Shown piece by piece: positions 20,044-29,791 of a DNA stretch of 64,000 bases. Position numbers and translations under genes: made by a program. Source of the stretch: an uncultured Clostridia bacterium (GTDB lineage: Bacteria > Bacillota > Clostridia > Oscillospirales > Oscillospiraceae); NCBI GenBank assembly GCA_947307255.1, contig CAMZIO010000003.1, positions 7,428 through 71,427 on the forward strand. The letters run 5' to 3'. The first letter of the stretch is position 1. Every line of letters starts with the position of its first letter. The notes beneath the pieces were generated by a model that was given only the letters and a program-made list of their open reading frames with translations, was not told the origin of the DNA and ran no database searches.

Positions 20044-20061
20044 GGGGGGGGGGGGGGGGGG
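20044..20061. repeat. Poly-G homopolymer (G18)
   Basis: 18 consecutive G in the divergent intergenic region. Confidence 0.9.
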
Positions 20062-20175
20062 TGAGCGTTTTTGACAAGCGATTGCTCCAAAGCTCCCAAA
20101 CGGCGGTTTTTTTGAGCGTGCCGATGATAGGGGAAACAAAGGGCCACCCTTCCGCGCGCGGGGGAGAGCCGCTGC

Positions 20176-20204
20176 GCACCTTCGGGCGGGCGGCGCCATA
20201 GACT
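20176..20204 (+). promoter_or_regulatory. Mother-cell (SigK/SigE-type) promoter
   Basis: GCACC-16 bp-CATAGACT ahead of the cwlJ-like gene. Confidence 0.55.
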
Positions 20205-20238
20205 GAAAGGGAAGCAGAGCGAAGGAGGGAGCAGTGCA

Positions 20239-20679
20239 ATGGCTTTTTCCGACAGAGAGCTGCTTGCGCGGCTGATCGAGTGCGAGGCGGGCGGCGAGGG
20301 CGAGAACGGGATGAAGGCGGTGGCGGGCGTGGTGATGAACCGCGTCAACGCGCCGGGCGGGGAGTACGCCCGCGTTGGGCAGGGCAGCATCCGCAGGATC
20401 ATCTTCCAGCCGGGACAGTTCGTCTGCGCCAGCGAAACGGAGGGCGGCGCCTACAATCCGCAGAATATCTATAATATGCGCCCCACGGAGGAGCATTATC
20501 AGATCGCTGATTGGGCGATTGCGGGGAATCGGCTGGCGGAGGTGGGCGAGGCGCTGTGGTTTTTCAACCCATTTTCGCCGGATTGCCGCCCCTATTTCCC
20601 CTCGCAGGTGGGGCAATTCCGCGCGCGCATCGGCAAGCATTGCTTTTATATACCGACCGAGGCTTATTATGAGACATGA
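20239..20679 (+). CDS. cwlJ: Spore cortex-lytic cell wall hydrolase, CwlJ-like (Hydrolase_2)
   Basis: LLARLIECEAGGEGENGMKAVAGVVMNRV, FQPGQF, IGKHCFY; no signal peptide or peptidoglycan-binding domain. Confidence 0.8.
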   Translation: MAFSDRELLARLIECEAGGEGENGMKAVAGVVMNRVNAPGGEYARVGQGSIRRIIFQPGQFVCASETEGGAYNPQNIYNMRPTEEHYQIADWAIAGNRLAEVGEALWFFNPFSPDCRPYFPSQVGQFRARIGKHCFYIPTEAYYET

Positions 20680-20694
20680 AAGGACGGCTGTGAT

Positions 20695-21210
20695 ATGATC
20701 GAGCTGCAAGGCGGCGCATCGCGCTGCATCGGCCCGTACTGCGCGCAGGCACCGGCGCAGGCAGTGAACTGGAACGGGAGCAATGGGAAAAACTGGCAGG
20801 GGAACGGCAACGGTACGGCATATGGTCGTTCCGCGGCGAGCGGGAACGGCGGCTACGGCGGCGTCAGCGCCCCGATGCCGGGCATCAGCATGGAGCACGA
20901 TCACGATATGGATATCTCACCGGGGGACAGCATGACCAACCTGCCGCAGGAGGATTTTGACATGCCGCTTACCGCCGGTGAGGCGGCGCGCAGCTCGTGG
21001 CGGGCGCTGCTCGCGCGCAACATCGGGCGCAGCGTGATCGTTACGTTCCTCATGGGCACGCAGAACACCGTCGTCGTCGAGGGCACGCTCTACGAGGTTG
21101 GCAGCGACTATCTGGTGATCTACCAAAGCGCCTGGGAGAGCAACATCACGGCGGACCTCTACTCGGTCAAATTCGTAGAGTTCCGCGAACCGCCAAGCGC
21201 GCAGGGCTGA
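20695..21210 (+). CDS. Probable GerQ-like spore coat protein
   Basis: Low-complexity G/N N-terminus; C-terminal LLARNIGRSVIVTF...GTLYEVGSDYLVI resembles GerQ; directly follows cwlJ. Confidence 0.55.
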   Translation: MIELQGGASRCIGPYCAQAPAQAVNWNGSNGKNWQGNGNGTAYGRSAASGNGGYGGVSAPMPGISMEHDHDMDISPGDSMTNLPQEDFDMPLTAGEAARSSWRALLARNIGRSVIVTFLMGTQNTVVVEGTLYEVGSDYLVIYQSAWESNITADLYSVKFVEFREPPSAQG

Positions 21211-21308
21211 ACAGGCGCATTGGCGCATTTTGCGGGCAGCGGCGACGCGGCGGACGATCCGGGCAGGGCGCAAGCCCTGCCCTTTGTCGGGGGTAGGAGC
21301 GGATACTA

Positions 21309-21338
21309 TTGACAAATTAAACGATTTTATATTATAAT
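21309..21338 (+). promoter_or_regulatory. SigA promoter of the ABC transporter
   Basis: TTGACA-18 bp-TATAAT. Confidence 0.75.
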
Positions 21339-21401
21339 TACAAAATATTAAGGTCAATAAAGCGATTCTCTCTGACAGAATAGAAACGGTGAGGTAGCGA
21401 C

Positions 21402-24400
21402 ATGATAATACGAAACGGAATCCGGTCCAATCTGCGGGCGCGGCGGCGGACGGTGCTGTTCGCCGGTATGATTCTGGTGCTGACGCTGGTGATGATTCTG
21501 GCGCTCGGCGTGCGCCTGTACAGCGCCTCGGCGCTTGCCCAATGCGAGGAATCCTATCGCTCGATTGCGCTGGTGGAATACATGGGGACGGAGTATCCCT
21601 CCACCGATGAGCCGGATACTGCGGCGCGGGAGGCCGCCGCGGCCATCGACGGCGAGGCGCTGCGCGCCCTGCCGGGGGTCAACGCCTGGTATCGGGACTG
21701 CCATACACTCAGCCGGATAGAGGGCTATAAACGGAAGGGAAACGACATGCCGTATAAGGACTACGGCGTCATCGTCGTGTCGCGGCTCCAGCCGCAAACC
21801 CTACGGTACTGGACCAGCAGCGGTCGGTATAAAGAGGAGAGATACTATACGGGCCTCATTACGCAAAGCCTCTATTCCTATGATGGAAAAGAAAACGTTT
21901 TTGTCAGTGTTCTGTCGGATAATATGCCGGAGGACGTGCAGCGTGAGGACACCTACGTGTTCCACGGAAAATTCGTGGACGGGGATGAGTATGACATTTC
22001 AAACGGCATACCGACGTTTCTGGTTATGCCGTTTCTGGAGACGGATGACAGTCCGATGGAGAAGCTGGGGGAGGAGAAAAAGCCCGGCGAGGTATTCCAG
22101 CGCGCGGCGGAGCAGTATGAGATATTGAACAACACGGTTCATACGATAACCTGCGAGGATCTCAACGACCTGTGGGAGTTTCAGCAGGGCATCCTGTATC
22201 TGCGGGAAGGCAGTATGCCGAGCGGCGAGAAAGAATGTGTCGTCAGCCCATACATAGCGGATGAGATGGGGCTTTCGCCGGGCGATTCGTTGGAATTGAC
22301 GGCGTTTTCCTCGGCGGAGGACAACTTCTATTACGGAACGCTGAGCGACCAGCGCGAGACCTGGACCATAACGGGCGTAACCAACGATTCCGGGGATTAC
22401 CGTGGGTATGTCTGGTGCCAGGCGAAGCCGCCGGAGACGACCCTGTACGGATATCGCCTCGGTATCGCGTCGCTGAAAAACAGCACCGGAATAGAAACCG
22501 TTGAGCAGATGAAGCCTCTCATGCCGGCGAACGTGCGCGTAACGCTGCTGGATCAGGGCTATGCCGAGACGGTGGAGCCGTTTTTGTCGCTTCAGACCAC
22601 GGCGACCAACGTGCTGCTGATGTGCGTCATCGGCACGGCCGCGGTGCTGGTGCTCTTTGCCCTGCTGTTCGTGGGACGCCAGAACGAGACGGTGCGCATC
22701 CTCGTCTCCCTGGGTACGTCGCGCGGCAAGATCGCGCTGTGGCTGCTCTCCGGCGCGCTGGTGATCGCCGGCGGCGCGGCGCTGCTTGGCGGCGCGCTGG
22801 GATTCTGGGGCCTGCCGTTTGCGTTCCAGTGGATTCAGGACAGAGCGGCGCAGGAGGGCGAGCTGCTGCGCTTCAGTGAAACGCTGGTCAACATTGCCAA
22901 AAAAGTGAATATTTCCGTTACCATGCCGATCCTGCCGATCGTGCTGACCGTCGCGGCCATCATTCTCCTGGCGCTGCTTCTGTGTCTGCTGTTCCTGCGG
23001 ACGGCCTATCGCGGCGGCACGCTGCGCCGCGGCAAGAGCCGCGTGCACGTTCCGAGCGGGAGAACCAGCACGTTTGGCAGGGGCAGCCTGCGCTATGCGC
23101 TGCTGTCGATCCGACGGGGCGGGCGGCGCGCACTGCTGGTCGTGGCGGTATCCGCCGTGCTGACCGTGCTGATCATCGTGCTGGGCGGCATCTATCGCGG
23201 CTGGGAGAACGATCTGGACGCTGCCCTGCATGAGACGAAGCTGGAAGGACAGGTTACCAGCAGCGACGGACGGACCTTCTCCGGCTTGATGCTCAAGATT
23301 TCCTCCGTGCGGGAGCTTTATCAGCTGCCCGACGTGGGGGAAATGTACCTATCCAAACCGTTTTCCACTTATTGGCTGAAAGAAGAGATCCCTACCTATG
23401 GTGAACAGGGGTTGGAGCGAAGAGAGTCGTGGATCGCGTCGCAGCCGAATATTGTGGCGGTGAACAATCTCAAGGCCGCGAAGGAGTTTTACTTTACCGA
23501 TCCCGAAATCGAGTGGGCGGACGGATGGGACGAATCCTGCCTGGCGCTCGATACCTATCATCCGATCGCTTACTGGATCGATACGGGACATAAGACGTTT
23601 GAAACCTATCCGGCCGTGGTGGGCAGGCAATTCATGGAGAGCCACGGCCTGCAGCTGGGGGAGGAATTCCAGTGCATGACCAGAATTGGCGATTGGGAAA
23701 TTTCTCTGCCGCTGTGCATCGTCGGCGCTTACAGCCAGGCCGGCTCGCGCGCGCAGATTTATCTGCCGCTGGCTGCGTTCTGCCCGCCGGATGTTGTGTT
23801 TGGGGAGGAGCTGCAGGGCAGCGCCTGGAGTTACCGGGTAGGAGCGCACACGTTGGACAACTATAAGGCGCTTTTGCTGGAAAGCCAGACGATGGAAACC
23901 TGCCGCTTCACCCTGACCTCTGCGGATCACCTGGATGAGACCCGCGCGCACCTCGCTGCGGAAGGCTTTGGCTGGCCGGGGCATTTGGGAGCGCGGCGCA
24001 CGGCGCTGATTCTGCGGGATGCCTCCTTCGTCAAGTTGACGGAGAATCTGGGCAGGTATCTGTCCATGGGCCGGGTGATGCTGGGGGTGATCCTCGGCGT
24101 GGTCGCGCTGCTGGGCTTTATCATCTCGTGGCTGCTCATCAGCGGGCGGAAGAAGGAATTCGTCGTGATGCGCGGCTTCGGCGCCAAACGCAGACGGCTG
24201 TTTTTCTCGTTCTTCTGGGAGCAAGCGCTGCTGTGCCTGCTGGGCTGCGCAATCGGCTGCGCCGCGCTGCTGCGCTTCTATGCCGGCGGGATACTGCAAT
24301 GGCTGACGCTGGGCGCTTACGTGCTGTGCTATCTGGCGGGCTGCGCGATTTCCATAATTCTGATCAGCAAGATGAACCTGATGGACCTTTTGGTTACAGA

Positions 24401-24407
24401 GGAGTAA
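21402..24407 (+). CDS. FtsX/MacB-type ABC transporter permease (duplicated halves)
   Basis: Two TM + extracellular + FtsX modules (RQNETVRILVSLG; RKKEFVVMRGFG). Confidence 0.88.
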   Translation: MIIRNGIRSNLRARRRTVLFAGMILVLTLVMILALGVRLYSASALAQCEESYRSIALVEYMGTEYPSTDEPDTAAREAAAAIDGEALRALPGVNAWYRDCHTLSRIEGYKRKGNDMPYKDYGVIVVSRLQPQTLRYWTSSGRYKEERYYTGLITQSLYSYDGKENVFVSVLSDNMPEDVQREDTYVFHGKFVDGDEYDISNGIPTFLVMPFLETDDSPMEKLGEEKKPGEVFQRAAEQYEILNNTVHTITCEDLNDLWEFQQGILYLREGSMPSGEKECVVSPYIADEMGLSPGDSLELTAFSSAEDNFYYGTLSDQRETWTITGVTNDSGDYRGYVWCQAKPPETTLYGYRLGIASLKNSTGIETVEQMKPLMPANVRVTLLDQGYAETVEPFLSLQTTATNVLLMCVIGTAAVLVLFALLFVGRQNETVRILVSLGTSRGKIALWLLSGALVIAGGAALLGGALGFWGLPFAFQWIQDRAAQEGELLRFSETLVNIAKKVNISVTMPILPIVLTVAAIILLALLLCLLFLRTAYRGGTLRRGKSRVHVPSGRTSTFGRGSLRYALLSIRRGGRRALLVVAVSAVLTVLIIVLGGIYRGWENDLDAALHETKLEGQVTSSDGRTFSGLMLKISSVRELYQLPDVGEMYLSKPFSTYWLKEEIPTYGEQGLERRESWIASQPNIVAVNNLKAAKEFYFTDPEIEWADGWDESCLALDTYHPIAYWIDTGHKTFETYPAVVGRQFMESHGLQLGEEFQCMTRIGDWEISLPLCIVGAYSQAGSRAQIYLPLAAFCPPDVVFGEELQGSAWSYRVGAHTLDNYKALLLESQTMETCRFTLTSADHLDETRAHLAAEGFGWPGHLGARRTALILRDASFVKLTENLGRYLSMGRVMLGVILGVVALLGFIISWLLISGRKKEFVVMRGFGAKRRRLFFSFFWEQALLCLLGCAIGCAALLRFYAGGILQWLTLGAYVLCYLAGCAISIILISKMNLMDLLVTEE

Positions 24408-24416
24408 GGAGAGGTT

Positions 24417-25151
24417 ATGAGTGTTTTTGAACTGCGTAACGTGAAATACGTTTATCAGACCCAGTACCAGCGCGTGGAGGCGATCCGCGGCATTTCCTGC
24501 TCTTTTGACGCGGGTATGCTGTATGCGATCATGGGCACCTCCGGCAGCGGAAAGACCACGCTGCTGTCCCTGATGGCAGGGATGGACGTTCCCACGGAGG
24601 GCCAGGTGCTGTGCGATGAGGTTGCGACCTCGGATATGAAGCTGGATCGCTACCGGCGGGAAAAGGTGGCGGTGATCTATCAGGATTTCCGGCTGCTGCC
24701 GATGCTGACGGTGGCGGAGAATGTCATGTATCCCATGGAGCTGCGCGGAAAACGCCCGGCTGAGGCGCGTGCGCGCGCGGCGGAGCTGCTGGAGAAGGTC
24801 GGTCTGTCGGAGATGGCGGATCGCTTCCCGGCGATGCTCTCCGGCGGCGAGCGGCAGCGCGTGGCGATCGCCCGCGCGCTGGGGATGGAGACGCATGTCC
24901 TGCTGGCGGACGAGCCGACGGGCAACCTGGACACGGAGAATACCGAGAAGGTTTTTGAAATCCTCTCACGGCTTGCCCACGAAGACGGCTACTGCGTGGT
25001 GATCGTAACGCACGACAGTTCGCTGGGAAAACGCGCCGATCAAACCCTGAACCTGCGGGACGGAGAACTGATTCCGGGCCGGCGCAAAGTGCAACCGAAA
25101 AAGGAGGCAGTCTCTTTTACCCGCCTGATCAGGAAGGTAGTCAAAAACTGA
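24417..25151 (+). CDS. ABC transporter ATP-binding protein (LolD/MacB-type)
   Basis: GTSGSGKT, LSGGERQRVAIARAL, LADEPTGNLD, VTH. Confidence 0.95.
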   Translation: MSVFELRNVKYVYQTQYQRVEAIRGISCSFDAGMLYAIMGTSGSGKTTLLSLMAGMDVPTEGQVLCDEVATSDMKLDRYRREKVAVIYQDFRLLPMLTVAENVMYPMELRGKRPAEARARAAELLEKVGLSEMADRFPAMLSGGERQRVAIARALGMETHVLLADEPTGNLDTENTEKVFEILSRLAHEDGYCVVIVTHDSSLGKRADQTLNLRDGELIPGRRKVQPKKEAVSFTRLIRKVVKN

Positions 25152-25165
25152 ACGATTGATATGGC

Positions 25166-25216
25166 AAAGACAGCCCCGGAGAGGCGACAGGCTCTCCGGG
25201 GCTGTTTTCCTTTTTT
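25166..25216. terminator. Terminator between the convergent ABC and M56 genes
   Basis: ACAGCCCCGGAGAG/CTCTCCGGGGCTGT plus T-run. Confidence 0.85.
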
Positions 25217-25248
25217 CTCTTGCGGGCAAGCGTTTGCCGCGCGGCGTT

Positions 25249-28227
25249 TTACCACCCCGTGCCGACGAGCTCCGTGTGATAGCCGTCCGCCTCTTTCGTT
25301 ACGTAGCCGACCCGCCAGCAGATGTACGCCCCCTCCGGAATGGACGGGTCGTACGCGCCGTTGTAATCGCGCACGTACTCGTCGTAGGACAGGGTATTGC
25401 CGGCCATGCCGTAGCCCATCGCCTGCTCGTTTTCGGGGACGAACCATTCCGTCATCCCGATCGCCCAGGTGTTTTCCGAGATTCTTCCGTTTTCACGGAA
25501 GTGCTTCGTCTCATCTTCCGCCGCTTCGACGGTGCACTTGACATAGGTGTAGCAGAATGTGCTGCCGGGGGTAACGTGCGTCTGCACATCATAGAGCCTA
25601 TCACAGTGTTCCTGCGCGGCGGCCAGATAACCCTGCCCGCGGTCGGGGATCACAATGGCGTCCTGCTGGTCGTACCCGCCGCCGAGGCCGCGCAGCTCCG
25701 CCTCGTCGTACCACAGGCGCAGCGCGGATTCTATATGGTCGTAGCTGCCGGAGGCGCAGAAGCCGTGCACAGCGCCGTTCGCGCCGCGGAAGTACACGCC
25801 GTTTCCGAAGACGTCCATCGTGCAGCCGAGCGCTTCCAGGCGCACGCAGTTCCCGCCCGTGGGCGGGATGTCGGAATTGGCGCGCGTATAGGAGGCGTGC
25901 GACAGCACGTTGCATACATAGCTTGCGTTCGACGTGCCTTTGCCGGGATAGCGTCCCTTTGCGCCGCCGTCGAAGAGGGTGAGCATCACGTCCGGCTGCG
26001 TGTCATAGAGCGTTTGCAGGAAGGCGTTCAGCTCCGCGGTGGGATCGCCGCCCTCCGGCGCGTGGATGCGCTTGTTGACCGTGAAGCTTTGCGCCATCTG
26101 TGCAAGGATACCGGGCTCCAACCCGGTGTTGTCGGAGTGAAGGGCGAGCATCGGGTCGTATTGCGTCCACACGAGATAGACGCTGCCGTCCGACGCCTCG
26201 ACAAAGCGTTCCGCCTCTCCCGGCGCAAGCGTCTGCCGTACCGCCTGCATTTCCTCGCGGGACGACTCGCGGACGATGAGCGTCGAGCCGGTGCCGTACG
26301 AGGAGAACCAGCGCGCCGTGCTGCCGTCGTCGCTGCGATACCAGCCCTGAATCGGCACGTAGAGATACCAGCCGTCGCCGTCGCGGCGGTGCGCAGGCGC
26401 GTTGAGCGCGCCGAGCTGCGTGGTATAAAGCGGCAGATCGAGGCCGTTTTCCTTCACGTAGAAGTCGTAGAGCAGCTCCGCGGCATTTTCTTCGTAGTAG
26501 TAGAGCCCGCCGCGGTCGTCGTTGTTGGGACGGTCCGTCAGGGGACGCACGCTTCCGTCCGCATGGCGCAGCAGGATCAGCGTATGCCCGCCCTGCCCCT
26601 CCAGGTCGCACCAGCCGTCCTCCGCAGCGTACATACCGCCCACGAAGGCAACGTCGCGCAGCGGTACGTCGAGCTTCGTCTCAATCAGGTAGTTGTAAAG
26701 CTCCAGCGTGCCGTCGGGCGAGAGGCCGGCCAGTTCGCCGTCCTTGTCCAAAAAGGCGACGCGCGTGTCCAGCACGGCAGCGGTCTTCTCGCCGCTGCCG
26801 TCGGCGGCGTAGTAGGTCGCAGAGGTTATTCTTGCGCGCACGGCGTCGAGATAGGCGTCTGCGCTTGCATAGCGCTCCGCCGGCGCATCGGGCAGCAGAG
26901 AGATCGTGCGCTCATACGCCTTGCCGTCCTGTCCGGCCAGCGTTGCCTGCAGGACCAGCTCGGTCAGGTGATTGATTTCAATGGTATAACGGCCGCCCGC
27001 TTTCCATTTCTCGTTTTCAAAAAAGTGTTGGCTCATGCTCATGCCGTCGTCATAGACCGCGCGGCCGGAAATGTGGAGAGTCCAGTTCTCCGCTCGTTCA
27101 TATTGCTTGGGCAGTGTAAAGGAAACGTAGCGGACGCCCTGCGCGTCGTCCCCCCATTCAAGGCTTGCCTCCAGCGCGTCCAGGGCCTGTATCTCGGTCA
27201 TGGGGGCAGATACCGCCCCCGCAAACGCGCAGCCCGCCGCAGCGGCGGCGAGCAGCGCAACCACGATCACGACCGCGACGGTCGTGTGCGGGCGGCACGC
27301 GATCATCGCCACGCGCTCGCGCAGCGATTTCTTTCCGCTGGTCATCGTGGTCGCCGTGCAGAGCAGGGACGCCCGTTTCGCACGGCGCGCCGACAGCTCG
27401 ATCAGCGTCGCGCCGTAGTTCTCCCGCTCGCCCTCGCCCAGGCGCTGGAGCGCGAGAGCGTCAGCGCACAGCTCGCTGTCCTGCCGCGACAGCGCCGCCG
27501 CCCACCATACCAGCGGGTTGTACCAATGGAGTGAGAGCGCGGCGCAGCGCAGCAGCGTCCAGACGTGGTCGCCGTTCCGGTAATGGCTCAACTCATGCTC
27601 GAGGACGTGGCGCAGCCGCGTTTCGTCCGCCGCCGTCTCCGCCGCGATGTAGATCGCGTGTCCGAACAGGCAGGAGGACGAGAGGTTTTCGACGGAGTAG
27701 ACTCGCAGCGGGCAATCCGCATCCAGCGGCTTGCGGCGCCTGCAAAGCCGGATGTAAAAACGAAGATTGGAGACAAGGAACACTGCGGCGGTTACGGCAA
27801 TACCTGCGTACCAGACGATTCGCAGCAGCTCTGCGGCGCTCCACTTGGCGGCGTAGCGCGTTTGGACAGTCGTATGGTGATCGGTTGCTTCCATTCTCGC
27901 GTTCTCGTTGCGCCCGATCGCAAAAAACCGCTGCACCGCATCGCTCTGCAATACTTCGGTGCTGCTGGATAGTATTTGGGAATCCTCCAACTCGATGCGC
28001 TCGACCGGCAGTACGTAGATGTCCTGCGTCGCCACGCGCTCCGGAACCTCCGCCGCTATGCCCCACGGTGCGGCAAAAAGCTGCACCGGCACCAGCAGTC
28101 GCAGCAGCACCAGCCCCCAGAGCGCGTACCGCAGCCCCGGACGCATCCGCTTGCCGAACGCCGCGCGAATGACGATCACCGCGACGATCAGCACGCAGGA
28201 GGACAGCACCCATGTCAGGTCAGTCAT
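25249..28227 (-). CDS. BlaR1/MecR1-like M56 metallopeptidase with a long unknown extracellular region
   Basis: LRYALWGLVLLRLLVP, HELSH zinc motif, HWYNPLVW, ELCAD, then TM and about 650 aa C-terminal region. Confidence 0.92.
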   Translation of the reverse strand: MTDLTWVLSSCVLIVAVIVIRAAFGKRMRPGLRYALWGLVLLRLLVPVQLFAAPWGIAAEVPERVATQDIYVLPVERIELEDSQILSSSTEVLQSDAVQRFFAIGRNENARMEATDHHTTVQTRYAAKWSAAELLRIVWYAGIAVTAAVFLVSNLRFYIRLCRRRKPLDADCPLRVYSVENLSSSCLFGHAIYIAAETAADETRLRHVLEHELSHYRNGDHVWTLLRCAALSLHWYNPLVWWAAALSRQDSELCADALALQRLGEGERENYGATLIELSARRAKRASLLCTATTMTSGKKSLRERVAMIACRPHTTVAVVIVVALLAAAAAGCAFAGAVSAPMTEIQALDALEASLEWGDDAQGVRYVSFTLPKQYERAENWTLHISGRAVYDDGMSMSQHFFENEKWKAGGRYTIEINHLTELVLQATLAGQDGKAYERTISLLPDAPAERYASADAYLDAVRARITSATYYAADGSGEKTAAVLDTRVAFLDKDGELAGLSPDGTLELYNYLIETKLDVPLRDVAFVGGMYAAEDGWCDLEGQGGHTLILLRHADGSVRPLTDRPNNDDRGGLYYYEENAAELLYDFYVKENGLDLPLYTTQLGALNAPAHRRDGDGWYLYVPIQGWYRSDDGSTARWFSSYGTGSTLIVRESSREEMQAVRQTLAPGEAERFVEASDGSVYLVWTQYDPMLALHSDNTGLEPGILAQMAQSFTVNKRIHAPEGGDPTAELNAFLQTLYDTQPDVMLTLFDGGAKGRYPGKGTSNASYVCNVLSHASYTRANSDIPPTGGNCVRLEALGCTMDVFGNGVYFRGANGAVHGFCASGSYDHIESALRLWYDEAELRGLGGGYDQQDAIVIPDRGQGYLAAAQEHCDRLYDVQTHVTPGSTFCYTYVKCTVEAAEDETKHFRENGRISENTWAIGMTEWFVPENEQAMGYGMAGNTLSYDEYVRDYNGAYDPSIPEGAYICWRVGYVTKEADGYHTELVGTGW

Positions 28228-28600
28228 GCCCGTGCCTCCCTTCCTTCAGGATGCGGTAGAGCTCGTCGATCTCCGCATCAGAAAGCTCGCTCTCCTGTGC
28301 CATCGTGCTGACCAGCAGGCCGAGCCCGCCCGTTTTGATCTTCGTCAGCGTGTTTCGCGCCTCCTGCCGCACGGCGTCGTCGCGCGCGAGCAGGGGATAG
28401 AACAGCTTGCGCGGCCCCGTTGCGTCGATGCGCACCGCGCCCTTGTCCGCGAGGCGGTTCAGCATGATGTTGATCGTCGCCTTCGTCCATCCGGTGTCGT
28501 CGCGCAGCGCGGAAACCATATCGGCGATCGTCAGCGGGCTTTTGTCCCACAGCAGGTTCATCAGCTTCCATTCGCCGTCCGACAGGGAGAGCTTATACAT
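28220..28600 (-). CDS. BlaI/MecI/CopY family repressor
   Basis: LSDGEWKLMNLLW...WTKATINIMLNRLADKG; overlaps the start of the M56 gene. Confidence 0.94.
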   Translation of the reverse strand: MYKLSLSDGEWKLMNLLWDKSPLTIADMVSALRDDTGWTKATINIMLNRLADKGAVRIDATGPRKLFYPLLARDDAVRQEARNTLTKIKTGGLGLLVSTMAQESELSDAEIDELYRILKEGRHGHD

Positions 28601-28626
28601 CGCATATCACCTCGTACAAAGAGTTG

Positions 28627-28675
28627 GATAACGGCTGTTATCGACATGATAGCAGGTGAGATAACATTTGTCAAC
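28627..28675 (-). promoter_or_regulatory. blaI promoter with two candidate operator palindromes
   Basis: Minus-strand TTGACA (28669-28674)-17 bp-TATCAT (28646-28651); GATAAC-N4-GTTATC (28627-28642) and GATAAC-N4-GTCAAC (28660-28675). Confidence 0.7.
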
Positions 28676-29654
28676 CATTTTTTGACGGATGCTTTGCCGC
28701 GGGGGCGGGGGACACACTTGCCGGGTCTTGTGCCACAAGCGGCTGGGGGCGGGCTTCGCCGCCGCTCGTGCGGGTGCGATAGATCAGGGGACTGACGCCG
28801 ACCTTTTCCCGGAAGCGCTTGATAAAGTAGCTGGTGCTGTTGAAGCCGCACAGCTCTGCAATCTGCGATACGGAAAGCGAGCGGTCGGACAAAAGCAGGA
28901 TACTCTGCTGCAGGCGATAGTCCATCAGATAGGTGATAATCGTGCAGCCGTAGGCGGTCTTGAACAGTCGGCTGCACTCCCCTGCGCTGCGGTGGATGAG
29001 CGCGGCGATTTTATCCAGCGTAACGTTTTCGGAATAATGCGCGTTGAGGTAAGCGAGGATCTGATGGGCCTCCAGCCGCTCGACGACTGGCTGGCGCACC
29101 GGATCCGTGTCCAGGTGGTCGAGCAGTGTGCGCCAGATGTGCAGCAGATAGCTGTACGCATCCAGCTCATAGCCGAATGGCTGGCGCTGCAAAAGCTCAA
29201 ACAGGAAGCGCATATTCAGCAGCGTTTTTTCCTGCCACAGCGTATCGGGCGAGAGCTGGATGAACTGGAAGTACGGATGATTGACGTAGGGCAGAAAATA
29301 CTTCTGCTCAACGACGCTGCCGTGGAACAGGGTCAGCAGCGACGGCTTGACGTTCAGACTGAGGTAGCGCGCAGAGTCGGCGGAGGTCGGGCGCGACATA
29401 TGGGAAACGTTGGAGTTGATGAAAAAGCCGTCCCCCGGGCGCAGGACGTAGTCCACGCCCTGCGCAGTCGTGATCATACTGCCCTCCAGCACGTAGGTAA
29501 ACTGCACCTCCTCGTGCCAGTGCCAGTTGTTGAAGCCCATCGGCTTGTCCTGCAGGCAGGTTTCGTGGACGCTCAGCGGGAAAGCGTAGTCCATATCAAA
29601 ATTTGCCTTTTGGTTACTATCTACAAAAAACATAGAAGAATTTTTCAACCTCAC
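28671..29654 (-). CDS. AraC family regulator with cupin domain
   Basis: WHWHEEVQF cupin motif; IAELCGFNSTSYFIKRFREKVGVSP; start may be 29633. Confidence 0.94.
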   Translation of the reverse strand: MRLKNSSMFFVDSNQKANFDMDYAFPLSVHETCLQDKPMGFNNWHWHEEVQFTYVLEGSMITTAQGVDYVLRPGDGFFINSNVSHMSRPTSADSARYLSLNVKPSLLTLFHGSVVEQKYFLPYVNHPYFQFIQLSPDTLWQEKTLLNMRFLFELLQRQPFGYELDAYSYLLHIWRTLLDHLDTDPVRQPVVERLEAHQILAYLNAHYSENVTLDKIAALIHRSAGECSRLFKTAYGCTIITYLMDYRLQQSILLLSDRSLSVSQIAELCGFNSTSYFIKRFREKVGVSPLIYRTRTSGGEARPQPLVAQDPASVSPAPAAKHPSKNG

Positions 29655-29791
29655 ATCAAGATAATTATATTTTTGCGGTGGATTTAGATAGAATTATGCG
29701 ATAAGATCCTCTAAAATTTATATCAAGGGATCTGAATTGTCAAGCTGGAGGACCGTTCGGCCCGAAAAAACTTGTGAAAGGGGACGAGAGT

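Noticed and set aside
25249-28600. Beta-lactam resistance (bla/mec) locus
   Set aside because: No beta-lactamase or PBP2a gene, and no recognisable penicillin-binding sensor domain
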